Assembly (NCBI RefSeq): GCF_001194135.2
Contig: NC_068981.1
Span: forward strand, 190,179,151 to 190,243,150
Direction of reading: 5' to 3'
Source: Octopus bimaculoides
Lineage: Eukaryota
DNA: 64,000 bases
Both the position numbers and the translations under genes were made by a program. This document shows, piece after piece, positions 26,882 to 37,933 of this stretch (the stretch's first letter is position 1; every line of letters begins with the position of its first letter). The notes under the pieces were generated by a model, which worked only from the letters and a program-made list of their open reading frames with translations, did no database searches and was not told the DNA's origin.

Positions 26882-27600
26882 GAACCGCTAAGTTACGGGG
26901 ACGTAAATACACCAGCATCGGTTGTTAAGCGATGTTGGGAGCACAAACACAGACACACAAACATATACACATATATATATACATATACATATGTACATAT
27001 ATACGATGGGCTTCTTTCAGTTTCCATCTACCAAATCCACTCGAAAGGCTTTGGTCGGCCCAAGGCTATAGTAGAAGACACTTGCCCAAGGTGCCATGCA
27101 GTGGGACTGAACCCAGAGCCATGTCGTTGGTAAGCAAGCTACTTACCACACAGCCACTCCTGTAACCCCTCTTGTTTAATGTTTATCAAGCAATGCCTGC
27201 TGTCTGTCATGTGACACTTCTATTTCGATAGACATCTCTGCATGGTTCTGTCAAACTTAACTGAAATTAAAGCCAAGAATGCTTTGATGTCTGCTGCGAC
27301 AGATTGTATTTTTGTTTTGTGTATTGAAATATGAACCTGTGTGTGTGTTTATTCGTTTATTCGTTTATTCGTGTATTCGTTTATTCATTTATTTGTTTCA
27401 GTCATTTGACTGCGGCCACGCTGGAGCACCGCCTTTTTAGTCGAGCGAATCGACCCGAGGACTTATTCTTTGTATGTAAGCCTAGTGCTTATTCTGTCGG
27501 TCGCTTTTGCCGAACCGCCAAGTTACGGGGACGTAAACACACCAGCATTGGTTGACAAGCGATGGTGGGGGTCAAACACACACACACAAACATATATATA
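26882..27600 (-). mobile_element. two partial copies of the CORE-type microsatellite SINE (26882-27162, 27380-27600)
   Basis: Reverse complement of the 44335-44745 family, each cut by an N gap. Confidence 0.8.
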
Positions 27601-27779
27601 TATATATATATATATATANNNNNNNNNNNNNNNNNNNNNNNNNNNNNNNNNNNNNNNNNNNNNNNNNNNNNNNNNNNNNNNNNNNNNNNNNNNNNNNNNN
27701 NNNNNNNNNNNNNNNNNNNNNNNNNNNNNNNNNNNNNNNNNNNNNNNNNNNNNNNNNNNNNNNNNNNNNNNNNNNNNAT

Positions 27780-29300
27780 ATATAGTAGTTGTATCAGATA
27801 CAATGGTACAGATCCTTTTTGCTAGATTGAATGGGATATTTATTTTGGTGTGTTTGAACTGAAAAGGAGATACTGTTTTGAGTCTGTTTGGTTTGTAGTT
27901 GGTTAGTTGTAATTTGGTTGTTGGAATTTTTTATAATCAAAATGTCCAGAAATGGGAGCTGTTCCTTGCTATATTCCATTGTAAATTGAATATTGGAGTT
28001 TATATAGTTCAGTGTGGATTTGAAGCCCAGAAGTTTATCATAGGTTTCATTCCAGATGATAAAACAATCGCTTACGTACCTTTTCCAGTTTTTTCTTATA
28101 TACTGTTGGAATGGGGGTCCAAATCTTTGAAGCGAAAGTTCATATAGAGTAGAATCAAAGAAACCCATTATAAGGTTCGCAAGGACAGGCGCTGCTTTCA
28201 TTCCCATCGCAATACCGCATTTTTTTTGCGGTAGTATGTTGGATCAAATAGGAAGTAATTGTTTTGTAGGATGAACTTCAGAGATTCAATAACAAAAGTC
28301 TGGTTAATGCGATCCGGGAGAACTTTGGGGTATTTTTCTAACCAGAATTTTATTGCCTCTATTCCATAGTCATGTGGAATGTTGGTGTAGAGGTTGACGA
28401 ATCGAAGGAGACTAATGGTGTTTCTTTGCTGGTGATTTTTGGTAGCTGCTCTAGTATGTCCAGATCGTCTCTAATGAAACTTTTAATGTATCTGAGAAAA
28501 GGTTTCAATAGTATGTCCAGAAAGTTGCTTAGGCTGGGTCAGCTATAATAGGCCTTAATTTTAAGTCTTCTGGTGTTGGAATACTTATGTATAGACCTGG
28601 ATTTGATTTGCAGGCTTTAGTAATAATTTGACTCTTGTGGATTTTGGGGGAAGCCATAGAAAAGGCTTGGTTTGCATTTAAAGTTTGTGATATAGTCTTT
28701 TTCTTTTTCTGTGAGGCCCTTTCCATGCTTGAGTATTAAAGTTGCAAGATTTCTTAATATTTTTTGCTGCCTATAATTATCAACTTTTTCATAAAAGGAG
28801 TCATTTTCTAGTATGGACAATGCTAGGTTTTTATAGTATTCTGTGTCCATCACTACTACAGCACTACCTTTGTCTGCTTCTTTGATTGTCAGGTCTTTGT
28901 CATGTTTTAGCTGTAGTAGGTACTTCCATTGTAGGTCATTGGAGTTAGGTACAATTTTTGATTTATAGAGAGTATGAAGAATATTCTGGATACGGTTGCA
29001 GAGGTCGTCTAGTGTTTTATTCCTTCCTTTGGGTGGTAGGTAATTACTTTTGCTTCTCACTAGTGATTCATCATCGTTGTTGTAGTTTGTTAATGCTTCT
29101 GTCAATCAAAGTTTTCTACAGAATTCTGCAATATTATCTTTAATTTCATTGGAATTGGGTCTATGTGGGGTGGGTGTAAATTTTAAACCTTTAGCTAAAA
29201 TATGGATTTTTGATGTGGAGAGAATTTTCTTAGATAAATTGATTATTTTGGGTTTCTCCCGTAAGTTCTGTTCCAATTGATAATTATAGGCAGCAAAAAA
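27780..29300 (-). mobile_element. Penelope-like element reverse transcriptase, degenerate
   Basis: NLS...LAKGLKFTPTP, IKEADKGSAVVVMD, FYG.PKIHK, LRPII, AMGMKAAPVLANLIM, KRYVSD.F, IQFTMEYSKEQLPFLD: PLE RT motif order. Confidence 0.9.
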
Positions 29301-29308
29301 CATTAAAA

Positions 29309-29553
29309 GGTCTTACATCTTTAATACTCAAACATGTAAAAGGCCTCACAGAAAAAGAAAAAGACTACATCACAAACTTCAAATGCAAACCAAGCNNNNN
29401 NNNNNTTACTAATGCCTGCAAATCAAATCCAGGTCTATACATAAATATTCCAACACCAGAAGACTTAAAATTAAGGCCTATTATAAAGGGCCCAGCCTGT
29501 GAAACACCCCACCTAAGCAACTTTCTGGACATACTATTGGAACCCTTCCTCAA
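29309..29553 (+). mobile_element. inverted PLE RT fragment, homologous to ~28495-28750
   Basis: LILKHVKGLTEKEKDYITNFKCKPS...CKSNPGLYINIPTPEDLKLRPIIKGPACETPHLSNFLDILLEPFL on the plus strand. Confidence 0.9.
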
Positions 29554-30311
29554 GGCCAATCTGTGTCAAGCAGCTCTTTACTCTGCATGCTTTAGCCTCG
29601 TTACTATGGCAACAATCCGGATACTTATTGATCAGACCACATATATGAATAAATATGGTTGAGAAAGTTTCTTACATACTGTGAGAAAATCTAACTTTAA
29701 AGATATTAACTGAGAAGGTATTTCTTAGACAGAACAACAAGAAAACAGAAGACCCCCCCACACACACACGCAACCCACCTTTCCCTCACCAACAGCAGAA
29801 AACAGAATCGCTGACAGGTAATATTTAAAGGAATTACAAATAGTTGAAGATTTATTAAAAAATTATTAGACATAAATTCACGGCTCTGCTTTTCTGTGAA
29901 GTAACACGGTACATAAGGAATGGAAAAATAGCAAAAAGCAAAGAACACCTGTGACAGATGAGAGATAATGGTAAAAGATATGAGAAGGACAGGTAGAGAA
30001 AGCTAATTAGAACATTACATAAAATATATATTAGTCAAATATGAAACAAAAGAGAGAAGTGTTTCTCCTGTGTTCAAAGGAGATAAGGAGAAAAGGTGTT
30101 GTGCATATTCTGTGTAGCAACAATATGGTCGATGAGAAAAAAAGTTCAATATGTCTTTAAGGAAAAACATGCTCACACATACACACACACACATATCTAT
30201 GTGTACTTATAGACATACATACATGTATATATATATATATGTATGTATGTACATATAGATATATGCATGTGTGTGAGTGTATATATATGTGTATATATAT
30301 ATAAATGTGTG

Positions 30312-30364
<53 letters not shown>

Positions 30365-30647
30365 TTCTGCATGTGTGTGTATATATACATGCATATATAC
30401 GTGTGTGTATGTATATGTTTATATATATGTGTTTGTGTGTGCGTGTGTATATATATATTTACATACACATAAACATATACATATATACATAAGTATATAT
30501 GTTTGCAGGTTGATATCTATATATATGCACGTATATGTATATACATATATGTATATACGTGTGTGTATTTATATATATACATATATANNNNNNNNNNNNN
30601 NNNNNNNNNNNNNNNNNNNNNNNNNNNNNNNNNNNNNNNNNNNNNNN

Positions 30648-30690
<43 letters not shown>

Positions 30691-31394
30691 GTATATATAT
30701 ATATAAATATACGTATATATATTCATATATACATGCATACATATATATGTATATGCATACATGTGTGTATACATGTGTGTATGTACATGTGTGTATGTAC
30801 ATACATGTGTATTTATGTATGTATATATATATATGTGTGTGTATGTGTATGTGTGTGCGAATGTGTGCATGCACGTATCTGTCTGTTCTAGTCTACAGAA
30901 TTGATTCTATCAGGAAATTCTATCCTTTACCAGTGTTTGTAGCAGTCAAAAGAGTGCAAAAGTATGCGACATAACAAACCTTCAGGAAAAGCAACAACAA
31001 AACATGTTTAGCTATCAAAAGAGCTAAATTGAATCTCTGCAACCAAATTTGGAAAATCTATTTCTCATTCCGACTTAACTCTCTCGGTAACAAAGGGTTG
31101 GCATTGCCTTTAAAAGAATTATAGATTAAGGTCCACAGAAACGGCTCAATCATTCTCTATTATTTTCTTTAAGTTACAATTTCCTACTTTAGCATCTCCT
31201 CTGTTTCCTCTCCCACAACTGTTGGAATAATTCCTGCCCCTTTCAACCTGATATTTCTATGCTAACTCAACGTAAAATCCCTTTGATGCAACACAGAAAT
31301 CACCTCTGCTTCACTCTTCTACCAATCATGCTGCTTTAGTCTGGGATGGAGGGACAAGTCCCATAAAGTTCCTGGCTCTCGAACTTTGTGGAAG

Positions 31395-31591
31395 AAATCA
31401 GTTGTACAGTTCTATATTTAAGAGATGAGGAATTATGTACATTATTTACATTATTTACATTTGACAGATATTTGTCCTCAACGTTTCGGCTGATATATCC
31501 TCCAGCCTTCATCAGGTGTCTTGGGGAAATTTTGAACATGGGTTCTCATTCCTAAGGTATTTTTCGATGTTATTATTATTATTATTATTAC

Positions 31592-31650
<59 letters not shown>

Positions 31651-31672
31651 CGAGTTCAATTCTAGGCAGTGA

Positions 31673-31710
<38 letters not shown>
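31395..31710 (-). mobile_element. HHR-tailed SINE copy with inverted B-box segment
   Basis: Tail with HHR core at 31480-31520 on the minus strand; ccgagttcaattctaggcagtgacctg at ~31650-31677 is in the opposite orientation. Confidence 0.7.
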
Positions 31711-32533
31711 TTGTCATTCCAAAATTTGACCACTGACATTCCAACCATGACTAGCACTACATTGTCCAATATATCTTTACTTTTTTGATACAATGGGGTG
31801 TGATTTGAGTGATATTTGGCAGCTATTTCTAGCATGTCAAGCAACCACAATGAGAATTTCAAAAACGCAGTTTCTTAAATGCGGTAAATTATAAATAGAT
31901 TTATCGTCTGATGATAACATTACACCAGTAAAATTGTTTATGTCTAGAAGACATTTGAAACCCCATGTTTTAGAACTTTATATGCCATGGAATCAGTAGA
32001 CAATGTACAACTGTGTGTACTGAAAATTGATCACATAATATTCTTTAATCTATAATGTTATTGAATCTCTCTGTCAGATTTTAATGTTTTTTGTTTGCTT
32101 TAAAATTGAGATAGAAAAAGGAAATATCTCCAAACAACCTAAACAACTTCATTGTCTGATGACAATGAAAATTCATCTAAAAAATATTTCCCCTTTAGTA
32201 TTCATGTTACATCGATTAATGCAAAGCTTATTGATTCGCATTGTTTTGACTTAATCGTGAGTTATCTCGCAGCTTCAAAACTCTGATGTTATGATTGCTT
32301 ATTTTAAGAATGACATTGTAGAGTAGGAGTGAGAGGCCAGATAAGGCTAGTTTAAATGCTATAGGGGATTTAACAGGATTATAAAAGATGTAGAACAGGG
32401 GTATAGAAATGAGACGAGGGCTATAAAAGATGTAGAGCTGATGACAGGAAGAGCATCCAGCCATTATGCATCACCTCAGTAAACCTGTCCAACACAACAT
32501 GACAGCATTGAAAATGAAAATAAAGTGATTTAA

Positions 32534-33628
32534 CCCTTTAGAATTCAGATCATTCTGTCAAATGTAATGCTTATTTATATGTTTTGAATTAATCTTGCAT
32601 TATTTCGTACCTCTAAGATTTTGATGATGTGATTTTTATATTTTTAGAATTATTGGGTCATCCCATAAATAATGTGGTTTTTACAACTGCATGAATTAAA
32701 AGTTGGAGGGGGACGGGATAAACTACCTGCATCAAGTTGCTATAAAAGCAGGTAGCAATTTTATTTTGTACTTATTCATAGTGCAAGTTTTGAAGAGTGC
32801 AGTTCGATTTTAAGTTATTTTTTCAAAGCTCTAATGGATATGACAAAGGAGCATATTTTGCTTTATGAGTTTAATAAAGACAACAACACAATGGAAGCTG
32901 CGAGGAATATTAGTGCAGTATATGGGATCGGACAATAAGCGTAAGTCAGTGTCAGTGGTGGTTCCAGAAATTCTGAGTCATAAACTACAGCCTCAAAGAC
33001 AAGCCTCATCCTGGAAGATCTGTTGAGCTCAACAAAGATGTCATGCAAACCCTGGTGGAACAAAATCCCATCATAACTGTTGAGTAGCTAGCAGAGAAGC
33101 TTGGATTTGGTCATTCAACCATTCATCGACACCTGGGTGCCATCAGAAAACAACCATCTTTGGTTTCAAGGCAAAAGGTGTTCTTCCATCAGTAGGACAA
33201 TGCTCGGTCACATTTTAAAGGCTAGAGCAGTTTGACTGGGAAACGCTGCCATACGCATCGGACATTGTCCCATCTAATTATTATTTATTCTGCAGTTTTC
33301 AAAATCATTTGGATGGAAAAAGTATGAATTCTGAAGATGAGGGCAGAACAGTACTGGAGGAGTATTTTTCATCATGGTCAAGTGAATTCTGGAAGAGGAG
33401 CCTTGCAAGTCTACCAGTTAGATGGAAGAGCATTGTAGCAAATGAAGGAGAGTATATTTCAAATTAAAAAAGAATTTTGTTTATCTTAATTTTGAAAAAT
33501 AAAAGTATAAAAAAACCACATTATTTATGGGATGATCCAATATATTGTAGGGTAGGTGTGAGAGGCCAAATCTGGCTGGTTTGAACATAAAACAAGTGGA
33601 ATATTTGGCTGGTTTAAATGCTAAATGG
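32534..33628. mobile_element. TTAA-type (piggyBac-like) MITE split by a mariner insertion
   Basis: ttaa|ccctttag left end, ctaaatgg right end; tttagaat...attgtagggtaggtgtgagagg junction also seen uninterrupted at ~32305-32340. Confidence 0.55.
32653..33540 (+). mobile_element. internally deleted mariner with both TIRs
   Basis: tattgggtcatcccataaataatgtggttttt (32651-32682) and its reverse complement (33511-33542), 1 mismatch; HTH relic KEHILLYEFNK...TIHRHL and catalytic-region relic FHQ.DNAR. Confidence 0.9.
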
Positions 33629-33740
33629 TTTAGTATTTATCCATATTAGCATAGAATTTTTGACAAATGAATGATACCATTATCCATAGTGGCATGGAAA
33701 ATCAGACAAATGACATTGTTTTCAATAAAATACAACTAAA

Positions 33741-34365
33741 GGCGGTGAGCTGGCTGAAATGTTAGCATGCCAGGCAAAATGCTTAGAGGTATTTTGTCTG
33801 CCGTTACGTTCTGAGTTCAAATTCCGCCGAGGTCGACTTTGTCTTTCATCCTTTCAGGGTCGATTAAATAAGTACCAGTTATGTACTGTGGGATCGATGT
33901 AATCGACTTAATCCCTTTGTCTGTCCTTGTTTGTCCCATCTGTATGTAGCCCCCTTGTGGGCAATAAAGAAATAAGAAACGTTAGCACGTCGGGCAAAAT
34001 GCTTTGCAGCATTTCATCTCCCTTTTTACGTTCTGAGTTCAAATTCCGCCAAGGTCAACTTTGCCTTTCATCCTTTCGGGGTTGATAAATTAAGTACTAG
34101 TTGCATACTGGGGTCGATCTAATTGACTTAATCCCTTTGTTTGTCCCCTCAATGTTTAGCCCCTTGTGGGCCATAAAGAAATTAGAATCGTTAGCACTCT
34201 GGGCAAAATGTTTAGCAGTATTTCATCTGTCTTTATGTTTTGAGTTCAAATTCCACCGAGGTCAACTTTGCTTTTCGTCCTTTGAGGAGTATTGGGGTCA
34301 ATCGAATTGACTGGCCCCCTCCCCCAAAATTTTGGGCCTTATGCCTAGAGTAGAGAAGAATAGAA
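33741..34365 (+). mobile_element. three head-to-tail MetaSINE-like tRNA SINEs
   Basis: Three consecutive copies of gagttcaaattcc...gcctttcatcctttc; 2nd and 3rd lack the first ~20 nt. Confidence 0.85.
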
Positions 34366-35094
34366 TACAACTAGACAGCTGATGGGAGACATTTTGACAA
34401 TTTGTCCTGTTTGAAGGGTTATGAGGAGTCGTGTCTTGTTGAGGACTATGTAACCTCTCTGGTGTAGGTGCTATGAGGCAATGAAGCTAGTGGACCCTGT
34501 AAATTGGTTGGCAATAGGAAGGATGCCCAAATATGGAAATTTGGCCAAATGACATGTAGGAACCCTAGTTTATGGGAAAGTGGTTCTTGATGGGTGGTGA
34601 CTTGGGTTATAATGAACCATCCAAACGGTGACACAATGGAAAATAAGTGTAAGATGATGATGATGAGGGGGAGAAAGAGGAAGGGAAGAAGGGGAGGGAA
34701 GACAAGGAAGGGAAGAAGGTAGGGTGGAGGAAGGGTGGACGGATGGGGAGGGGGAGGATGAGGTAAGGAGGAGAGGGGAAGTACGGGGGTGAGGGGAGGG
34801 GAAGTACTGGGGTGAGGAGAGGGGATGAGGATGAGAAGGAGGAAGGGGGTGGAGTTTAGGAAGAGGAAGGAGAAGAGGAAGGGGAGGAAGAAAAAAGGAG
34901 AAAAAGAAAAATTCTATCATCAATCATAGAAATAAAAATGAATTACAGGAAGCATTATTTGAATTTAGAACATTTACATCACAAATCCAAAAGCATGAAG
35001 GAGCTAAACTGATTACATCTCAAGCCAACTCAACCAGGGGTGACCTGGGGCTAAACAACACCAACAACCGATTAAATCTGTATATTATTCTAAA

Positions 35095-35171
35095 TACAAT
35101 TTCATTATTATCATTATTATTATTATTATTATTACTATTATCATTATTATTATCACTATTATTATCATTAC

Positions 35172-35261
<90 letters not shown>

Positions 35262-35308
35262 CATTATTATTATTATTATTATTATCATTATTGCTATTAT
35301 TATCATCA

Positions 35309-35346
<38 letters not shown>

Positions 35347-35473
35347 GTTATTATCATTATCATTATTATTATTATTATCATTATTATTATTATCATCATC
35401 ATCATCATCATTATTATCATTATTATTATTATCATCATCATCATCATTATTATCATCATTATTATTATTACTA

Positions 35474-35536
<63 letters not shown>
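35095..35536. repeat. (ATT/ATC)n microsatellite, ~440 bp
   Basis: Direct inspection. Confidence 0.97.
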
Positions 35537-35538
<2 letters not shown>

Positions 35539-36157
35539 ATGTGTATAACACATCTTTTGGATGAAGTTAACAGAATTACTCAAGTGTTATAAAGCTCTAT
35601 ATACTGTTGTAGTTTTTCTTTTTTAAAAGTGTGTATTTAAAAGCTTTTTTTTTTCAGCTTTTCCTGGCAACAATGTAATATATTCCTGGAATTTCACAAA
35701 AGAAATTTTGTTTACTGGAATCCTGAATAACCAGCAGAGATTATCATTAGTTTCCAATATATCTGACTTTCATCTCTTTGATCTGCCACCTTTCAAGCTG
35801 AAATGTTTGGACGCTAGAGAGCTATTCAAGGAATGAGTTACCATGTAATGGATGATCACGGAATTCAATATCAACAACAACAAAGAAAAAAGAAAAATTA
35901 CATTTAAAAATAACATAAAAAATTAATTTTTATTTTTCTCAGTGTATTTTATAATTTTCTATAGCCTTTAGATATGAATGCAAAAAAAAAAAAGAGAAAA
36001 AAAACACAACCCTGACCATTTTTACCCTCTAATCAGTTTTATTGTTATGGTCAGTTTTTAAATTGTTTTGTTTCAAATGTATGCTTCTTTAATAGAGATA
36101 TAGAACTGGTTGAAGGACACAGCCCACTCACTCTTTTGAAGGGACAGCATAAATAAT

Positions 36158-36680
36158 GTAGTTGTATACTGTCAACTTAACGTGACAGTCCCAATAAGGG
36201 AATCATATTACTGTTATTTAGCCCTAGGAAGCTGCACCGCTTCCTATCGGCATTGACACATTTCCTGTGTCCTTATGTTTACGAGGGGGAGACAAGCACC
36301 TCCACCCAGCCAAGCCTGCATCCAGGGACATGTTTCTGAGTTTTTGCTCATCATCAGCTCGGAGTAGCATGGCCTGCTAGTTGGAGATGCCTGTCAAGCT
36401 CTTGTAAACATATAACTCTAGTGAAACATTCACTGATTACAAAAATTAGAAATGATACATTTCTAAATCTCTGAGAGAGACTTAAGCAGTAGTGATGCGA
36501 TAAGGTAGTTGTATACTGCCAACTTAATGTGACAGTCCCAATAAGGGAATCATACTACTGCTATTTAGCCCTAGGAAGCTGCACTGCTTCTTGTCAGCCT
36601 TGACACATTTCCTGTGTTCTTATGTTTAGGAGGGGGAGACAAGCACCTCCACCCAGCCAAGCCTGCATCAAGGGACATGT
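36158..36680 (-). repeat. 1.5 tandem copies of a 347-bp HHR-containing unit (retrozyme-like unit B)
   Basis: 36158-36333 and 36505-36680 match at about 93% by eye; HHR at 36321-36363. Confidence 0.9.
36321..36363 (-). ncRNA. minimal type-I hammerhead ribozyme
   Basis: TCCGAG-CTGATGA-TGAG caaaaa CTCA-GAAAC-AT-GTC-CCTGGA; canonical core, 4-bp stem II, palindromic ACATGT stem III, stem I 5/6 pairs. Confidence 0.85.
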
Positions 36681-37284
36681 GGTGATGATGGTGGTGGTGG
36701 TGGTGGTGGTGGTGGTGGTGATTGTGAGGAAGATGGTGGTGGTGGTGGCTGTGGGGATGACGATAATGATGGTGAGGATGATGATGATGATGATCTTGAC
36801 CCCAAGCTTTTTAGTTATTTTCACCCCATACAAGAATACATCATCATCATCATCATCATCATCATTTAACGTCCACTTTCCATACTAGCATGGGTTTATA
36901 TATATATCCATATTCTAAAAATCTGGAATACCCATGAACCCCTAAACAGGGATCCTGAAGCATTCACCCAATACAGCAAACAGTGGGAACACTCTATAAT
37001 TAACTAGTGTTTTGACCATCTAAGCTGCACTGGAATATTTCCAACATCTGATGTTGATTTGGTCAATGTGCACAATGATTCAATGTCTACTCTCTCATGT
37101 TTGCATAGCTCAGACAAAAATAATTTGGGCTGGAGTTTTCTATGGCTGAATGCCCTTTCTGTCATCAAACCCCACTAATTTCCAAATAAGAAGATTATCT
37201 CCCCATAGGGAACCAAATTATTGTAATAAACAGTAAAGGTGTTTGTATATAAGTGCGAGTGCAAGTAATTAAGTGTTTGTTTTC

Positions 37285-37686
37285 TTTTTTCTTTTATTTG
37301 TTTCAAGTCATTTGACTGCGGCCATGCTGCAGCACTGCCTTTAGTCGAGCAAATCGACCCCCAGGACTTATTCTTTGTAAGCCAAGTACTTATTCTGTTG
37401 GTCTCTTTTTGCTGAAACGCTAAGTTACAGGGATGTAAACAAACCAGCATTGGTTGTCAAGCGACGTTGGGGGACAAACACACATACACAAACATATACA
37501 CACATACATATATATATATACATATATACAGCAGGCTTCTTTCAGTTTCCATCTACCAAATCCATTCACAAGGCTTTGGTTGGCCCGAGGCTATAGTAGA
37601 AGACCCTTGCCCAGGGTGCCATGCAGTGGGACTGAACCCGGAACCATGTGGTTGGTAAGCAAGCTACTTACCACACAGCCACTCCT
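37285..37686 (-). mobile_element. CORE-type SINE with internal microsatellite, full length
   Basis: Reverse complement of the 44335-44745 family. Confidence 0.85.
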
Positions 37687-37794
37687 GTTTGTACCAATAT
37701 AATAGTGAACCGTCAGTTCTAACCATGAACCATGAAGTTTGGCTTTTACTTACAAGTATACTAGAAAAAAATATTCTTTTCTAATCTAGGCACA

Positions 37795-37920
37795 TACGTT
37801 ATGTTCTGAGTTCAAATTCCGCCGAGGTTGACTTTGCCTTTCATCCTTTCGGGGTCGATAAATTAAGTACCAGTTATGCACTGGGAGCGATGTAATTGAA
37901 TTAATCCCTTTGTTTGTCCT
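37795..37920 (+). mobile_element. MetaSINE-like SINE, partial
   Basis: ttctgagttcaaattccgccgagg...ttaatccctttgtttgtcc; truncated at both ends. Confidence 0.8.
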
Positions 37921-37933
37921 TGTAGGGTAGGTG

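Noticed and set aside
34660-34910. Purine-rich tract with G-quadruplex/triplex potential
   Set aside because: Low-complexity tract common in this type of genome; no independent sign of function.
35020-35583. Poly-N/D, poly-I, poly-H, poly-C/V and poly-ER ORFs (also 15650-16269, 25249-25788, 30157-30974, 43538-43885, 63593-63949)
   Set aside because: All are translations of di/trinucleotide microsatellites open in several frames.
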